From Diplonema japonicum (Eukaryota > Protista > Euglenozoa: Diplonemea), in contig OZ025738.1 in the NCBI GenBank assembly GCA_964019335.1, positions 310,001-374,000 on the forward strand: DNA of 64,000 bases, given 5' to 3'. The stretch's first letter is position 1. Every line of letters starts with the position of its first letter. A program made the position numbers and the translations under genes. Below the pieces are notes generated by a model that was not told the origin of the DNA, searched no databases, and saw only the letters and a program-made list of their open reading frames with translations. Of this stretch, positions 22,142-32,468 are shown in pieces.

Positions 22142-22828
22142 TCATAATGGATGAGCCCGACTAATGGAAGAAACATCGAGCATCGAACTTCTCTCGATCT
22201 TTTGTAGTTTCCTGCTCTCAGCCACGAAGTAACGACCAATAGAAGAAATCTTGGCCATTGAACTCATGTCGACGGTTTCTAGTTTGTCGCAGCAAAATAA
22301 AAAGCAATCACCAATGGTAGAAACATTGGGGAGGACGAGATCAACAGACGTCAGGTGGTGGCAACGATCAAGAAACCAATCGCTTGTAGTTGTAACACAG
22401 CCTGTGGAGTCGGTGACAACGAGGAACCGAAGACCAGAAGGAAGGTCCGTCTTCTTCATGGACAAGACTCCGGCAGCTGACGAGTCACTAACCTCAACCA
22501 CCAGAACCAGCTCAGGATCAGCTGACACAAGACCCTCAAGCTCAGAAATCACTTCTGAGTTCTCGTCCTTCAGCTCCTCTAGACGAACGGTTATTCTCTT
22601 GTCCGCCTCCACATGGACCACGGAGCCCTCCACGAGCCCAACTTCCTGAAGCTCTTCACCACCTTTCATGTCAAGGATCTCACCCTCCCAAACCAGTTTG
22701 AACCTGCCTTCGAGTAAACCAGCAGCACACCCCGCCTTCTTGTACAGGCTCCCCACCGCCTCCTTCCCCGACACTTCCACATCGTGAACCCCGCCTCCCG
22801 TCTTCACGAACACTGTCATATCGTTCAT
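22142..22828 (-). CDS. Ubiquitin-like domain + short BspA-type LRR protein, 228 aa (possibly truncated)
   Basis: MTVFVKT...V.V...ETVG.L......G.....F.LVWEG..L.......L...GL.EGS.VH fits a ubiquitin beta-grasp pattern, followed by ~3 LRRs (IGDCFLFCCDKLETVDM). Confidence 0.8.
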   Translation of the reverse strand: MNDMTVFVKTGGGVHDVEVSGKEAVGSLYKKAGCAAGLLEGRFKLVWEGEILDMKGGEELQEVGLVEGSVVHVEADKRITVRLEELKDENSEVISELEGLVSADPELVLVVEVSDSSAAGVLSMKKTDLPSGLRFLVVTDSTGCVTTTSDWFLDRCHHLTSVDLVLPNVSTIGDCFLFCCDKLETVDMSSMAKISSIGRYFVAESRKLQKIERSSMLDVSSISRAHPL

Positions 22829-22914
22829 TTTGTTGTTGTGCTCCTGCTCTGTTAAAGGTGGCCTTCAATGTTTAAGGGGAAATCAACAAGTGGAAATGTT
22901 TTAAAAAAAAAAAA

Positions 22915-23208
22915 TTCACTATGATAGGAACGAAGTGGTTAGCAACGGCCCGCCGCGGTGGCGTGCCTACCTCATGATGCTCCCCTTTTGGGGTCGTTCC
23001 CTGCTACCCACCGTAGTGCCTAGCTGTCGTTTATATCTTCCAATCCTTTCCTTCCGGTAATCTTCTCTCAGTCCTTTCAGCTTGGTCGCCGTCAGCCCCG
23101 ATGCAAACAGGGCTCTCCTATCAAAGCCAACGACGTGGTCGCGCCCAATGGATCGCAGTAATCTCACGTTCTTTGCATGACTGCGCCGGAAAAGCGCGTC
23201 TCCTCTTC
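22915..23208 (-). mobile_element. 5'-truncated LINE 3' end (type A), flanked by sense-strand T-tracts
   Basis: ORF tail ...KLKGLREDYRKERIG...KGSIMR* followed by a short 3' UTR ending ATAGTGAA. The same terminus is at 3384. Plus-strand A-tracts on both sides. Confidence 0.65.
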
Positions 23209-24149
23209 AAAAAAAAAAAAAAAAGGAGACATTTAAGGGTACCTGCGGTATGTGGCAGGACGCCTGAAGAGTCTCAATCTATCTCTTGATCGAACCTTTC
23301 TGCTGTGGTGTGGCCTTCGGCCCCTCGTTCACCCTCCTCGGTACCTTAGGTATAAAACCCTCAACCGAGTTGGTAAGGACACAATAGTTGTACAGTTGTT
23401 TCTCAAGGATGTGGCGGGTCGCCGGGGAGGCGAATACGGTCTAGAGGAGTCCCCTTATGGAGCCGTTGTAGTAACCCAACGTGCGTAGGGATGAGGGGCG
23501 CTATGCGTTTATTGGTGTGGATGCGTTCTAGGGCCGCTATCACCCGGCCTATGACACGCGCGCTCTCCTGGATGTCCTCACCCTCTCCACAAGGCGAGAG
23601 TCCCTCTGGAGACTTGTCCACCTGTTGTGCCCCAGTGAAGGGCCGAGAGCCATCGGATGTGGGAACAGCCGCGGGAGGTAAAAAAGTTTAAAATTTAAAT
23701 ACTGTAAACAAAAAATGCCGGACAAACACCTAAACGTAGTCTGTCCGGCATTCCTTTACATGGGGATAAATAAGATGTCGGGTAAAACAGAACCAGCTCG
23801 CGGCAGGAAATACCCCGGGTCCGTCCCTCGTGTTGCACACCCCAAAAGGCTGGAGTTTAACAGCTTCGAAATCTCACTGGGCCACCCAGGAAACGCTTCG
23901 GCTCTGGGTAAAGATTTGTCCTTCCCCCTTTTAGAGCATGCAGCTTTCGTCTGTTAATTTGAAGAGAAAAACACCGTTCACGGTAAGCAAATAACCTTTT
24001 TCCATCAAGTACTGTAAGCAGAATTTTTACCTCTATTCACGGTAACCCAGAAGTTTTTCTCCACTCTCCCATGAAACCTTCCTATTGTTAGTAACCTTCC
24101 TATTTTTTGTTTTCGAAATTTTGGATTTTTTTTGCATTTTCGGTATTTG

Positions 24150-25478
24150 GGTATACCTTGTGTCCACATCTGCGCTGTGGCCCGCAAAGTTTCAAAAGAC
24201 ACGTCAGACCTAGTCGCAGAGTACCTCAAGGTCTCTGCATGGCGTCTGATGTACTTCTCCACCCCCGCCCCCCTTCTGCCTGTGAAAACTTGAAGGATGG
24301 CCTCAGGCCACCAATCGTGACAAAGTCACAAATAGCCGGATGCCGTCGGGACCGTGAGTCTTGGCCCTGCCTTCCAGATCTTTGGCCAGCGTGCGTTGGA
24401 CAGCCTTCAGGAGGGACGACAGTTCGAGGTGGAGGGCTGTGGTGGCAGCTGTGGGCTTCTTGGTCTTGTTGCCCGTTGCACCGCCACTAGCTGCGACCAG
24501 GTTTTCCATGATTTCCTGCATGCTGTCCGTAGTAGGCTGGACCACAGGGGGTGCATCAGTGGAGGAGACACCGGAGATCCACCTGAAGCCCACTTTGTCT
24601 TGATGAACTCCGGGATCGAAGGGTCGAAAACCGGAGACTGGGTGTGAGGATGGAGGAGGTTTTGTGCTTTGGCGAGGAGGACCTTCCGGAAGGATTCCTT
24701 TTTCGCGGCGGGAGATTTTCGAAAGTTCTGAGTGATGAAACCATTGATGTCTTCCTCGAGACTTTGAGAAGAGAGGAGGGCGTGTGTCGAGAGGCGGAAC
24801 TTCATGCCCCTGTTCAGTATCTCCTTCACATCGTCATCATCGATGACCTCCGCTGCCAGGCCACAAGCGTGTCCCTCATGTGCATGTGAGGTCTTGCGCT
24901 TCGAGCAAGGGCAGCTTGCCGTGGGCTCGGCCGCTTCTGGGCGCGGGGTCGCGATGCTGAGCTTCGTCACATTGCAAACTGTAGCCTTGAGGGTTTGGCC
25001 AAGCTTGTTGCACATGTGTACTCTGCGAAGGAGGGCTGGCTTAGGGCATGCTGCGATTACCTCCTTGTCCTCGAAGACTTTACGCCAGAGGATCAACTCC
25101 TTGGCTTTGTGGTCAAAACTCGTCTTGAACCACACGAAGCCTTCGTCTCGGCGCACCACCTTTTTCAGAAGAGCGGGAGCGAGGCGTTGGGTGAGGCCTC
25201 GTTCGATCGCCGCGATCTTGGCGGTGAAGAAATTCCCAACGAAGTTTCGTCTTAGGAAGTTCAGGTATCTGAAGACCGTTTTGGGGACCCAGGTGGTGAA
25301 GTCGTAATTCAACACATCGGGGTGTGCACACAGCGCCGTGATCTTCATGCAAAGGGACTTGTAGTTGGCACCAGTGGGCTGGATCGACAGCTCCCCGTCG
25401 TCGTTCAGGCGTATCGAGGGAGCAGTAGATCTGGTGGAGGAGTTACCGGGGTCTGACGTGGTGTCGCGGCTGGGGGCC
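24150..25478 (-). mobile_element. Penelope-like element fragment (pre-RT region and deleted RT)
   Basis: CPC......H..GH...........KEILNRGMKFR resembles the PLE N-terminal CxC..GH..LLxKGxK(F/Y)R motif. KVGFRWISG and WTQGIP resemble RT motifs 2 and B. Confidence 0.55.
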
Positions 25479-25612
25479 TGTTGGGCATTCGTGCGCGCTG
25501 TCTCCTGGAGGCAGATCAGGTCAAATGATTGTAGTTTGATCCTATTCAGATGGTTCGGGAGGTTCGTGACGTTCACCGAGATAAGAGTGAGCTCCTTCTT
25601 GTTCTCCTCTTC

Positions 25613-25636
25613 GGGTCCAGGATTCGGATGGATGTC
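25613..25636 (-). other. 2A-like StopGo (ribosome skipping) motif DIHPNPG|P
   Basis: Matches D(V/I)xxNPGP directly upstream of an APE domain, the position known for L1Tc and other LINE 2A-like sequences. Has H instead of the canonical E. Confidence 0.7.
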
Positions 25637-27551
25637 ACCGTGGGTGAGCCGTTTTCTCGCTTCGCGTGCGATAGATCGTCTCGACCTCTTCAAAATGAGG
25701 AAATGTGCCCGTGGAAGGTGGATCACTGTTAAGGAGTAGATCAGGAGGTTGTTCCTGGATGGAGAGCCGAGCCAGTCGCAAGCGAAAGGGGCGAAGGGGA
25801 TTGGCGTGGCCGAAGAAGTTAGGAGGTCAATGAATGAAAGAATGATGATAATGGTAATGGGGAGGGATATGACTGCCCCGCAGAACTTCAGTGCCTCCTG
25901 TCAGATTTTCTGGTTTTTGGGGCTTGGTGTCGTCTGCGAGTGGGTTTCCGACTCCTCTCTTCCTCGAACTCTCGGCGTTGGCCGCCTCCACTCGTGCTTT
26001 TTCGAGTGCCGCCCATGAACTGGGGAACTCCGCCTCCGTCAGCTTCACCTTTTGCTGCTTCCCTTTGAAGGTTCTCTCCCTTCTGTCCGGTGCGTCCTCT
26101 CGGGTCCAATCTCTGATTACGAGGGAGTGTCGCTTCTCCCCTCTCGCGATGAGCCTGGCCGTAGGGGGGTTGGTTGCACGATGAGCCATTTCGACGCACC
26201 CAACTAGGGCTAACCCGATCGGCGTCACGGTGAGGGAGGTGCCCAGGTGGGGACGTCGGCCGCCCTGATCCCTTTCTTCAGCTGGATGACTTCTAGTCGG
26301 TCTCTCGCGAACGCGTGTGTCCAGAAGACGCCCTGGTCCCCTGAAGCTGCTAACAGTCTCATCGCGTGTTCAGGGTCTACACGTACGAGGGCGGTGGCTG
26401 TCTTGTTCTCTGTGGATCGGTCCATCCTGAAGACAGCATTCGGTAAGACCTTGTAGAGTCTCTCTTTGTCGCGTGCTGCTAGTAGTGCCATCCTTTTAAT
26501 GGCGTTGCCGTCCGCAGTGCGTTTCCACTGTGCCGCCGAGCAGTGGTCTCTCGCAATCACCGCCTTGAGTATCGTAGTCCTGTTGATGTCCTCCTTGGGA
26601 GGGGCGTCCATGGCATGGGAGCACCTCGATCCCAGTGACCCAGGTTCGAATGATCCCTCTCGTCGTGGGAGAGTCTGACTCAGTGCCACCCACGAATGGC
26701 TTGGTGCAGATGATTTTGAAATCAAGGCCGAGTGCCTTGAGACGAGAGGAGAGTTGGACCGGGTCCGAGGGATTGAAGTAGATACCAGCCGTGAGCTGGT
26801 CGGGAATCACGTTGTGGATCTGCTGAGCTCCCCAGTGTTGCTGTACCAGTGCTAAGGGGGGTTTAACAGGGGCAGGTCTGCTCGTCCAATTGGTGGCCGC
26901 CCCGAGGTGTGTCTTGGCGCTTCCTCTTATCTCCTTCCTCGGGGGTGTCCTCTTCGATTGTTGTTGCTGCTGCTGCAGGGCCGGCTGTCCTTTCGATTGT
27001 TGCTGCTGGCGCTGTTGCCCCTTTGCCTGTTGGTTTTGGTGCTGCTGCTGCTGAAATTGTTGCTGGGGTTGACCCGTCTGTAGGTATGGCTGAGGAGGTT
27101 GTTGCTGAGCAAATGACTGTTGGGGTTGCGGCGGAGGCTGGTATTGTTACAGAGCTGGCTGTTGCTGCGGGGCGGGCTGTTTAGGGGAGGCCTGTGCCTT
27201 TTCGACCAACTGTAAAATGCAGCTTAGTGTGGTCAGCACCAGGCTCCTGTTTTCCTCGGAGATCTGTGCCCTCTGGACCAGATGATGGGGGTCCATGATC
27301 GTCGTCGGTGAGGGGGGATAAAATAAAACTGTCTTTGTAAAATTCGCTCTCTCGTCTACCAATCACTATAAACTTTCGTACTCCTGCTGACAAACTTTTC
27401 ACGTTTTCCGACTTTTCACTGATATACTGATACTGATACTTTACTATCACCTCGCTGTGCTCCGTAATACTTGCTGCTGATCTTTTGATCTATTTTTTTT
27501 TTTTTCTTTTCAAACCGCTCTACCTGGTTCCTTTATTGGCACGGTCGATAC

Positions 27552-27589
27552 CAATAAAGTACAGAAACTGTAGCTTTAGAATCGTTGGT
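27552..27589 (-). ncRNA. Spliced-leader (mini-exon) sequence, 38 of 39 nt, followed by GTAT
   Basis: Reverse complement reads ACCAACGATTCTAAAGCTACAGTTTCTGTACTTTATTG|GTAT. CAGTTTCTGTACTTTATTG is the conserved kinetoplastid/diplonemid SL 3' half and (A)ACCAACG is the diplonemid-type 5' end (recalled, not searched). No Sm site or SL array context is visible, so it is not a complete SL RNA gene. Confidence 0.9.
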
Positions 27590-28210
27590 AAAAAAAAAAG
27601 CAGGAGAGGGTGGGGGGGGGGGAGAATTACGTTTACAAGTTGTGAGGTTTCAAGAAGGGGGGAGGGTAAGAAGGTATCAGTGGAGGTAGGGGGGCAATAA
27701 TTATATCTCTGTTTTGTGCTGAATGCTTACAAAAACAAGCTGCTTTCTGTTCATCATAAAAGAAATAGAAAACGGAGGGTGGGGGGGGGATCACCGTGTC
27801 TAAAAAAGCTTTTCAGAAAACGCACTTCTGGGTAAATTTGTACTAGAAAATTCCACCCATACCAAAAGAAAAATAACTTCTTTGGGCTTCTTTGTGACGT
27901 ATCTACAATTTTTGAGCGGGTGACAGAACCGGTACCTGCAAGCGGGTCAAAGTCGCCCCACACGTTTCCAAGCTTTTTTTTTTTTTGAAAATAAGGAAAC
28001 GGAAACGTTTCCCCGTTTCTTGCCAAACATAGCCCTGGGGGGGGGATCTTTACAGAGTGTTCACGAAACACAACCACACACGCAAAGTGAGAGAATGCTG
28101 CTACCACGCTAACATAGGTGACGGCTGCTAAATTAGAAAACAGAGAGAAAAACATAGCAACCGTGTTTCAGCAGTTTAAGGAAGGAGGTGGGTGCCTTCG
28201 GGGTCGCTCG

Positions 28211-28247
<37 letters not shown>

Positions 28248-28301
28248 TGTAGAAAAATAAAATATAAATGCTGTCGCCCACATCATTCTTTTATTTAAAA
28301 G

Positions 28302-29163
28302 CATAGTATCCAGGGTTAACCGACCACCCGCGGGTTTTTAATTACAATCGGGTTTTAAAATTGACGTCAAATGAAAGGCGAGCATGCAACCATTGCTTAA
28401 AACCCTTATATTCGTATTTCCTTGGTAAGCGTTCTTTTTCTTTCAATCGATTGTTATATGTACTTATAAAATATAGCGCGCATTCGACGACACTGATTAA
28501 GCGACTGGCACCTTCCGAAGAAGGGCCTCCCACGTCCGCCGTGTTGAGCAGAGGATGCCCTGGGGCGGCCGTTCCAGTCTGATCATGTTGCATTAATACT
28601 TGCGTAAGGTCTTCGTGGTCTTCAGGGAATGGCGCTGCTTGATGTTGTGCCATTGTGCCATTGCAGCGTCGAGAAGAACAGCCAGTCAGTCGCCATGGAG
28701 CAGCGATCCTTTGAGTCGAAAGGGTATATTCATATCCCGCAAACCCGTATACATTGTACATTGAAACCTGAATGGGAAGTGTAGCAATGCACAAAGTAAG
28801 GGAAGGGTGCCTAGAAAAAGCTCCAAGAGCTGAGTCTTCAGAGGAGGATCCCTTGGAGGAAGAGGAGAGGAACAAGCGTCGGATATGTTATCCTGTTGTT
28901 TTTAACTTGGACCCTGACCCGGTCCGAAAACCAATTTTCTCAAAACTGCATTTAAGGCCTTAAATAAGGGTTTTTGAAAAAAAAAAAAAAAAAAAAAAAA
29001 AAAGAAAAAATTTTTTTGAACATGATCTTGGTATTTCTTTCGCTAAAAATATGGGTTAGAGAAGCATCAAACCCGATCATTAACCCGACTGCGATCGAAA
29101 AATCTAAAATTGCGGGTCGGGTTTCAAAAACCCGAAGGTGATCGGTTAACCCTGGATACTATG
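28302..29163. mobile_element. Non-autonomous TIR element family B (hAT-like MITE), 862 bp
   Basis: Left CATAGTATCCAGGGTTAACCGACCACCCGCGGGTTTTT, right AAAAACCCGAAGGTGATCGGTTAACCCTGGATACTATG (~38-bp TIR). ACCCG subterminal motifs. TAAAAG lies on both flanks. Confidence 0.85.
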
Positions 29164-29221
29164 TAAAAGAAGAAAAAAAAAAAAAACTTTGGCAGTCTTT
29201 TTTTTTTTTTTTTCCCCCTTC

Positions 29222-29253
<32 letters not shown>

Positions 29254-29328
29254 GAAGAAATCGAATCTCATCCATTGGAACCCAATAAGAAGACAACGGA
29301 GAAGGAGAAAGAAGAAAAACTCGATGAT

Positions 29329-29635
29329 TTAAAGGAAGCCGGTGGGGGCACCCTGCACAAGCACCATTTACTTGATTACAGGGGGCGCACCTCGGCCTAG
29401 CTGTAGCTTCTTCTGCGTTCCGCGTCGTGTCCTTAATGCGTGCGGTGTGCAGCTCAACCCCAGCCGGGGCGCCCCGGGTAACCAAGATTCTGAGCCCGTG
29501 TAGTTTGCTGCCTGTTCGCCACCCAGAGCATCTGCTTCTTCCACTTGGGCGCTACCGGTGATGACCGACGAGGAGGTCAACAGCGAACAACACATCTGAT
29601 GTACTTCTTTATATTTCCATGTTATCCCACCACCT
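29329..29635. repeat. ~300-bp dispersed repeat (second copy ~41077-41392), probably a retroelement end
   Basis: High similarity between the two loci, e.g. TACTTGATTACAGGGGGCGC...GGTAACCAAGATTCTG...GGGCGCTACCGGTGATGACCGACGAGGAGGTCAACAGCGAACAACACATCTGATGT. Confidence 0.85.
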
Positions 29636-30326
29636 GGAAAAAAAAAGAAGAAAAAAATGAGGGGGGGATTAAAGGAAAAAGGAAACGGAGGAAGCCAGTA
29701 TGAAGGATGAGAAAAATCAGCCTTTGTGTAGAGGTTGTCAGAAACCAAAATCCTTTCTCAGCCTTTTTAGAAAGAAAGAAAAAAAAAGGCGGTGGGGGAT
29801 GACAAATGGAAATATAAAGAAGTACATCAGATGTGTTGTTCGCTGTTGGCCTCTTACTGGCTGAAATGTTTACGTACCTCCCTCCCCCAGCATGTGACAG
29901 ATATCAGAAACAGAGACAAACTTGAACTTTCTTTTTAGTGTAGTAGCCGAGTAGGAAGAAGAAAAAAAAAAAAGAAAAAAAAAAGAGAACGGCCATTGTT
30001 ATAAATATACTATAGGGGTCTTCATAACTACACTCACGTGCCGAATTACGAATCCCTGTACAAACTTTGAAAAGAATTGTTATTGTAAAAAAGACAACAA
30101 ATATTTTTTTTTTCTCTCTCTCTCTTTTTTTTTTTTTTTTTTCCTGTTCCATAAGTACAAAAATAAAACTAAAAAAGAAAATAGAAAATAGCTTTTTTTA
30201 ATTTTTGAATCCCCCCCCCCACCCCCACCCATCGACTCAATTATAATAAGTTTTTAGGAAGAAGGGGAGGGGTTGACAAGAAATCAAAAAAAGTGGTTTA
30301 AAGGGATCTTCTCATCAGCAAGCACC

Positions 30327-32468
30327 TCAAGGCACCACCACACCCCGCGCCGCGGCTAGCGAAGCACTGTGCTTTTGCGCAAGTTTTCTGTGCTCGGGGT
30401 GCTTGGTCTGGAAGGACCGCAGCTCGACGCCTGCAAGATCGTACTCCCCTTCGGAGAAGGCGGCGAAGAAAGGATCCAGGAAATCTTGCGCTTCCCTTGC
30501 AGCTTCTTCCAGCTGGTACATCCACTCAACCTCGCTGACTGAAGCAATGGCTGTGACCCAATACGCAATAATAGGGGCAACCTGCCCCGGGACCATCACA
30601 ACATCTATCTGGTGATGCACGACAAGGCCTTGCGCTTTTACAAAGGCCCCTGAACCGACTATCGCCAGACCGTAATCCACGCCTTGCATTGCCAGGCTGT
30701 AGCTTACATCGTCTAGGCTGCTCCCGAACACTTGGAATCTTTGTGACGTGCTTCCTAGGATGCCGTGGACGCTGCTTGAAGTGTGCAGCCCCATGCCCAC
30801 GGGGAGCAGTTGGCTGGGTTCTTCTATGGTGGAAAGTTGCATCGCGAGCTGTAACGCGTTCATTTGTACGGCGCTGCCTTGGACCTTCGAGAGGCCCCAC
30901 CCTACCAGAACCTTGTCCCCACGCACGCCCAGAAGTGAGCCGTATCTTCTCCTCACCAGATCGCACAGTTTCCCAAACATCTTCCCGTGGTGTTCCACTG
31001 CCTCGGTCAGGTCTGCCTGTGTACACAGCGTGTCGAACCCCGACGCAATAAAGCACAGGATCGTCGCTTTTGAGGTGTGCTTCAGCCCGATGGCAAGATG
31101 GTCTGTTATACCCTCGTCAGCTGCTGTGCCGGTCTGTGTGAATATCATGTTGCCGTCTTCCTGTTCGGGGGGGCCCATTACCGGGATGAAGGCCTGCACC
31201 TGCTTCACGGTTTGCAATGCGTGCCGAAAACCACGCTGCAGCCCGTTCAGCTCCCACACCGCAGACTGCTTCGGGATGCGCAGGACCGCGTCCGCGTCCA
31301 GCTGCATCGCAGCTAAGCAGTCAAACGCCTTAGCAAGCCTATACAACGGCAGCGTTGCCAGCAAAATAAACCCCATAGCTAGAAGGGCGGAGCCTACCAC
31401 AAGGCCTACCACGATGTAGGTAGTCCGTGCGTTGCTGGCGTAGATCTCATCGAAGTAGATGGCCTCAGGCGTGAGGCTAACTAAGTACAGGTGCAAGTTG
31501 TAACTACTCAAAGGGTACACCTCAAGCCACCACGTGGCTCCTTCAAAGTCGAACTTCTTGAAGTGCTGTCCATTCTCGTCGATGGTGTGTAGCATGGGAA
31601 GCACACCATACACAGCACGGTACAGGCTTGTTGTGTTAAGAGACGAGTTCAACGGGACACGGTAGTCTGCTGCACCGGGGTCGTAGGCGGCTGTGCTGGT
31701 GCTGGCGACGAGCTGGTACTTGTCATCAATGACCAGCATGTTGATGCTGCTGTGGCTTACATAAGGCGACAGATCGATCCATTGGAAGCCCACTGTCACA
31801 GTCGCCACACCGAAGAAGTTTCCAGACACGGGGTGCCGAACGGCGGTGCTGAGGCTCACGATGAGCCCTGCGTACTCATTATCCATGGTGTGCGTGATCT
31901 CCGTCCACACCTTCCCCCCATTCCGGAGTTCATCACTGCCCGAAACTACCGTATAGTAAGGCCGTGTTCTAAGCAGCAGTGTTATGGTGCGGTTGATATC
32001 GCGAAGCGTGAAGCTTGATGTAGTCTCGTCGCCCCTTGCGACGTGCATTCCTTCGGAGCTTAGCTCTGCATAGGTCCGCCCCAAGCGTACGAGGAATCCT
32101 CCGTCATCTGACTGCATAAGAGCGAGGAATGTTGCGGAGCTTGAGCTTCTGCTGAGGTACGCGTTGCCTTCGTGGTACACTCGCCTCGCGGTTTCTGATG
32201 AGAATCCGAACATGCCGGGGTGGAAGGGGCCGTACATCTGCTTGTTGTAGCCGTCTGTAAGGGTGGTGAGGTACCTCTCGGGTTCCTCTAGAAGGTCACG
32301 GGCGATGGCGTCGCGAGCTGATTTGATGTTGTTAGTCGACAGCTGCCGCGACACTGTGTCGATGGACGCCTCGGCGTTGGCCCGCGTCACTTGAAACGAC
32401 AGCACGCACGACGCAGCAACGAGGGCCCCGATGCACAGGCTCCCGACCACGAAAAGCGGAACCCTCAT
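30327..32468 (-). CDS. TM-dCache-TM-HAMP-degenerate cyclase receptor, 713 aa
   Basis: N-terminal TM from MRVPLF; dCache-like RPYY...VWTEI...SLSTAVRHPVSGNFFGVATV; second TM; PLYRLA..ELNGL HAMP-like; GDKVLVGW and GMGLH cyclase relics; EWMYQLE. The ORF-track extension runs through poly-T. Confidence 0.85.
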   Translation of the reverse strand: MRVPLFVVGSLCIGALVAASCVLSFQVTRANAEASIDTVSRQLSTNNIKSARDAIARDLLEEPERYLTTLTDGYNKQMYGPFHPGMFGFSSETARRVYHEGNAYLSRSSSSATFLALMQSDDGGFLVRLGRTYAELSSEGMHVARGDETTSSFTLRDINRTITLLLRTRPYYTVVSGSDELRNGGKVWTEITHTMDNEYAGLIVSLSTAVRHPVSGNFFGVATVTVGFQWIDLSPYVSHSSINMLVIDDKYQLVASTSTAAYDPGAADYRVPLNSSLNTTSLYRAVYGVLPMLHTIDENGQHFKKFDFEGATWWLEVYPLSSYNLHLYLVSLTPEAIYFDEIYASNARTTYIVVGLVVGSALLAMGFILLATLPLYRLAKAFDCLAAMQLDADAVLRIPKQSAVWELNGLQRGFRHALQTVKQVQAFIPVMGPPEQEDGNMIFTQTGTAADEGITDHLAIGLKHTSKATILCFIASGFDTLCTQADLTEAVEHHGKMFGKLCDLVRRRYGSLLGVRGDKVLVGWGLSKVQGSAVQMNALQLAMQLSTIEEPSQLLPVGMGLHTSSSVHGILGSTSQRFQVFGSSLDDVSYSLAMQGVDYGLAIVGSGAFVKAQGLVVHHQIDVVMVPGQVAPIIAYWVTAIASVSEVEWMYQLEEAAREAQDFLDPFFAAFSEGEYDLAGVELRSFQTKHPEHRKLAQKHSASLAAARGVVVP

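Larger units (their letters stand above)
23225..27589 (-). mobile_element. Degenerate non-LTR retrotransposon: SL exon - ORF1 (Q-rich, frameshifted) - 2A-like motif - APE endonuclease start - Penelope-like segment - 3' end
   Basis: ORF1 pieces 27296->25827 (MDPHHLV..., LLAASGDQGVF). LTHGDIHPNPGP is followed by ISVNV...DLICLQET (APE motifs I-II). The 3' terminal 34 bp recur at 42233 and, degenerate, at 47726. Plus-strand A-tracts at both ends. Assignment of the 3' end to this element is inferred. Confidence 0.75.

Noticed and set aside
27505-27589. Functional SL RNA gene
   Set aside because: First nucleotide missing, no recognisable Sm site or terminal T-tract after the intron start, single copy, fused to a LINE.
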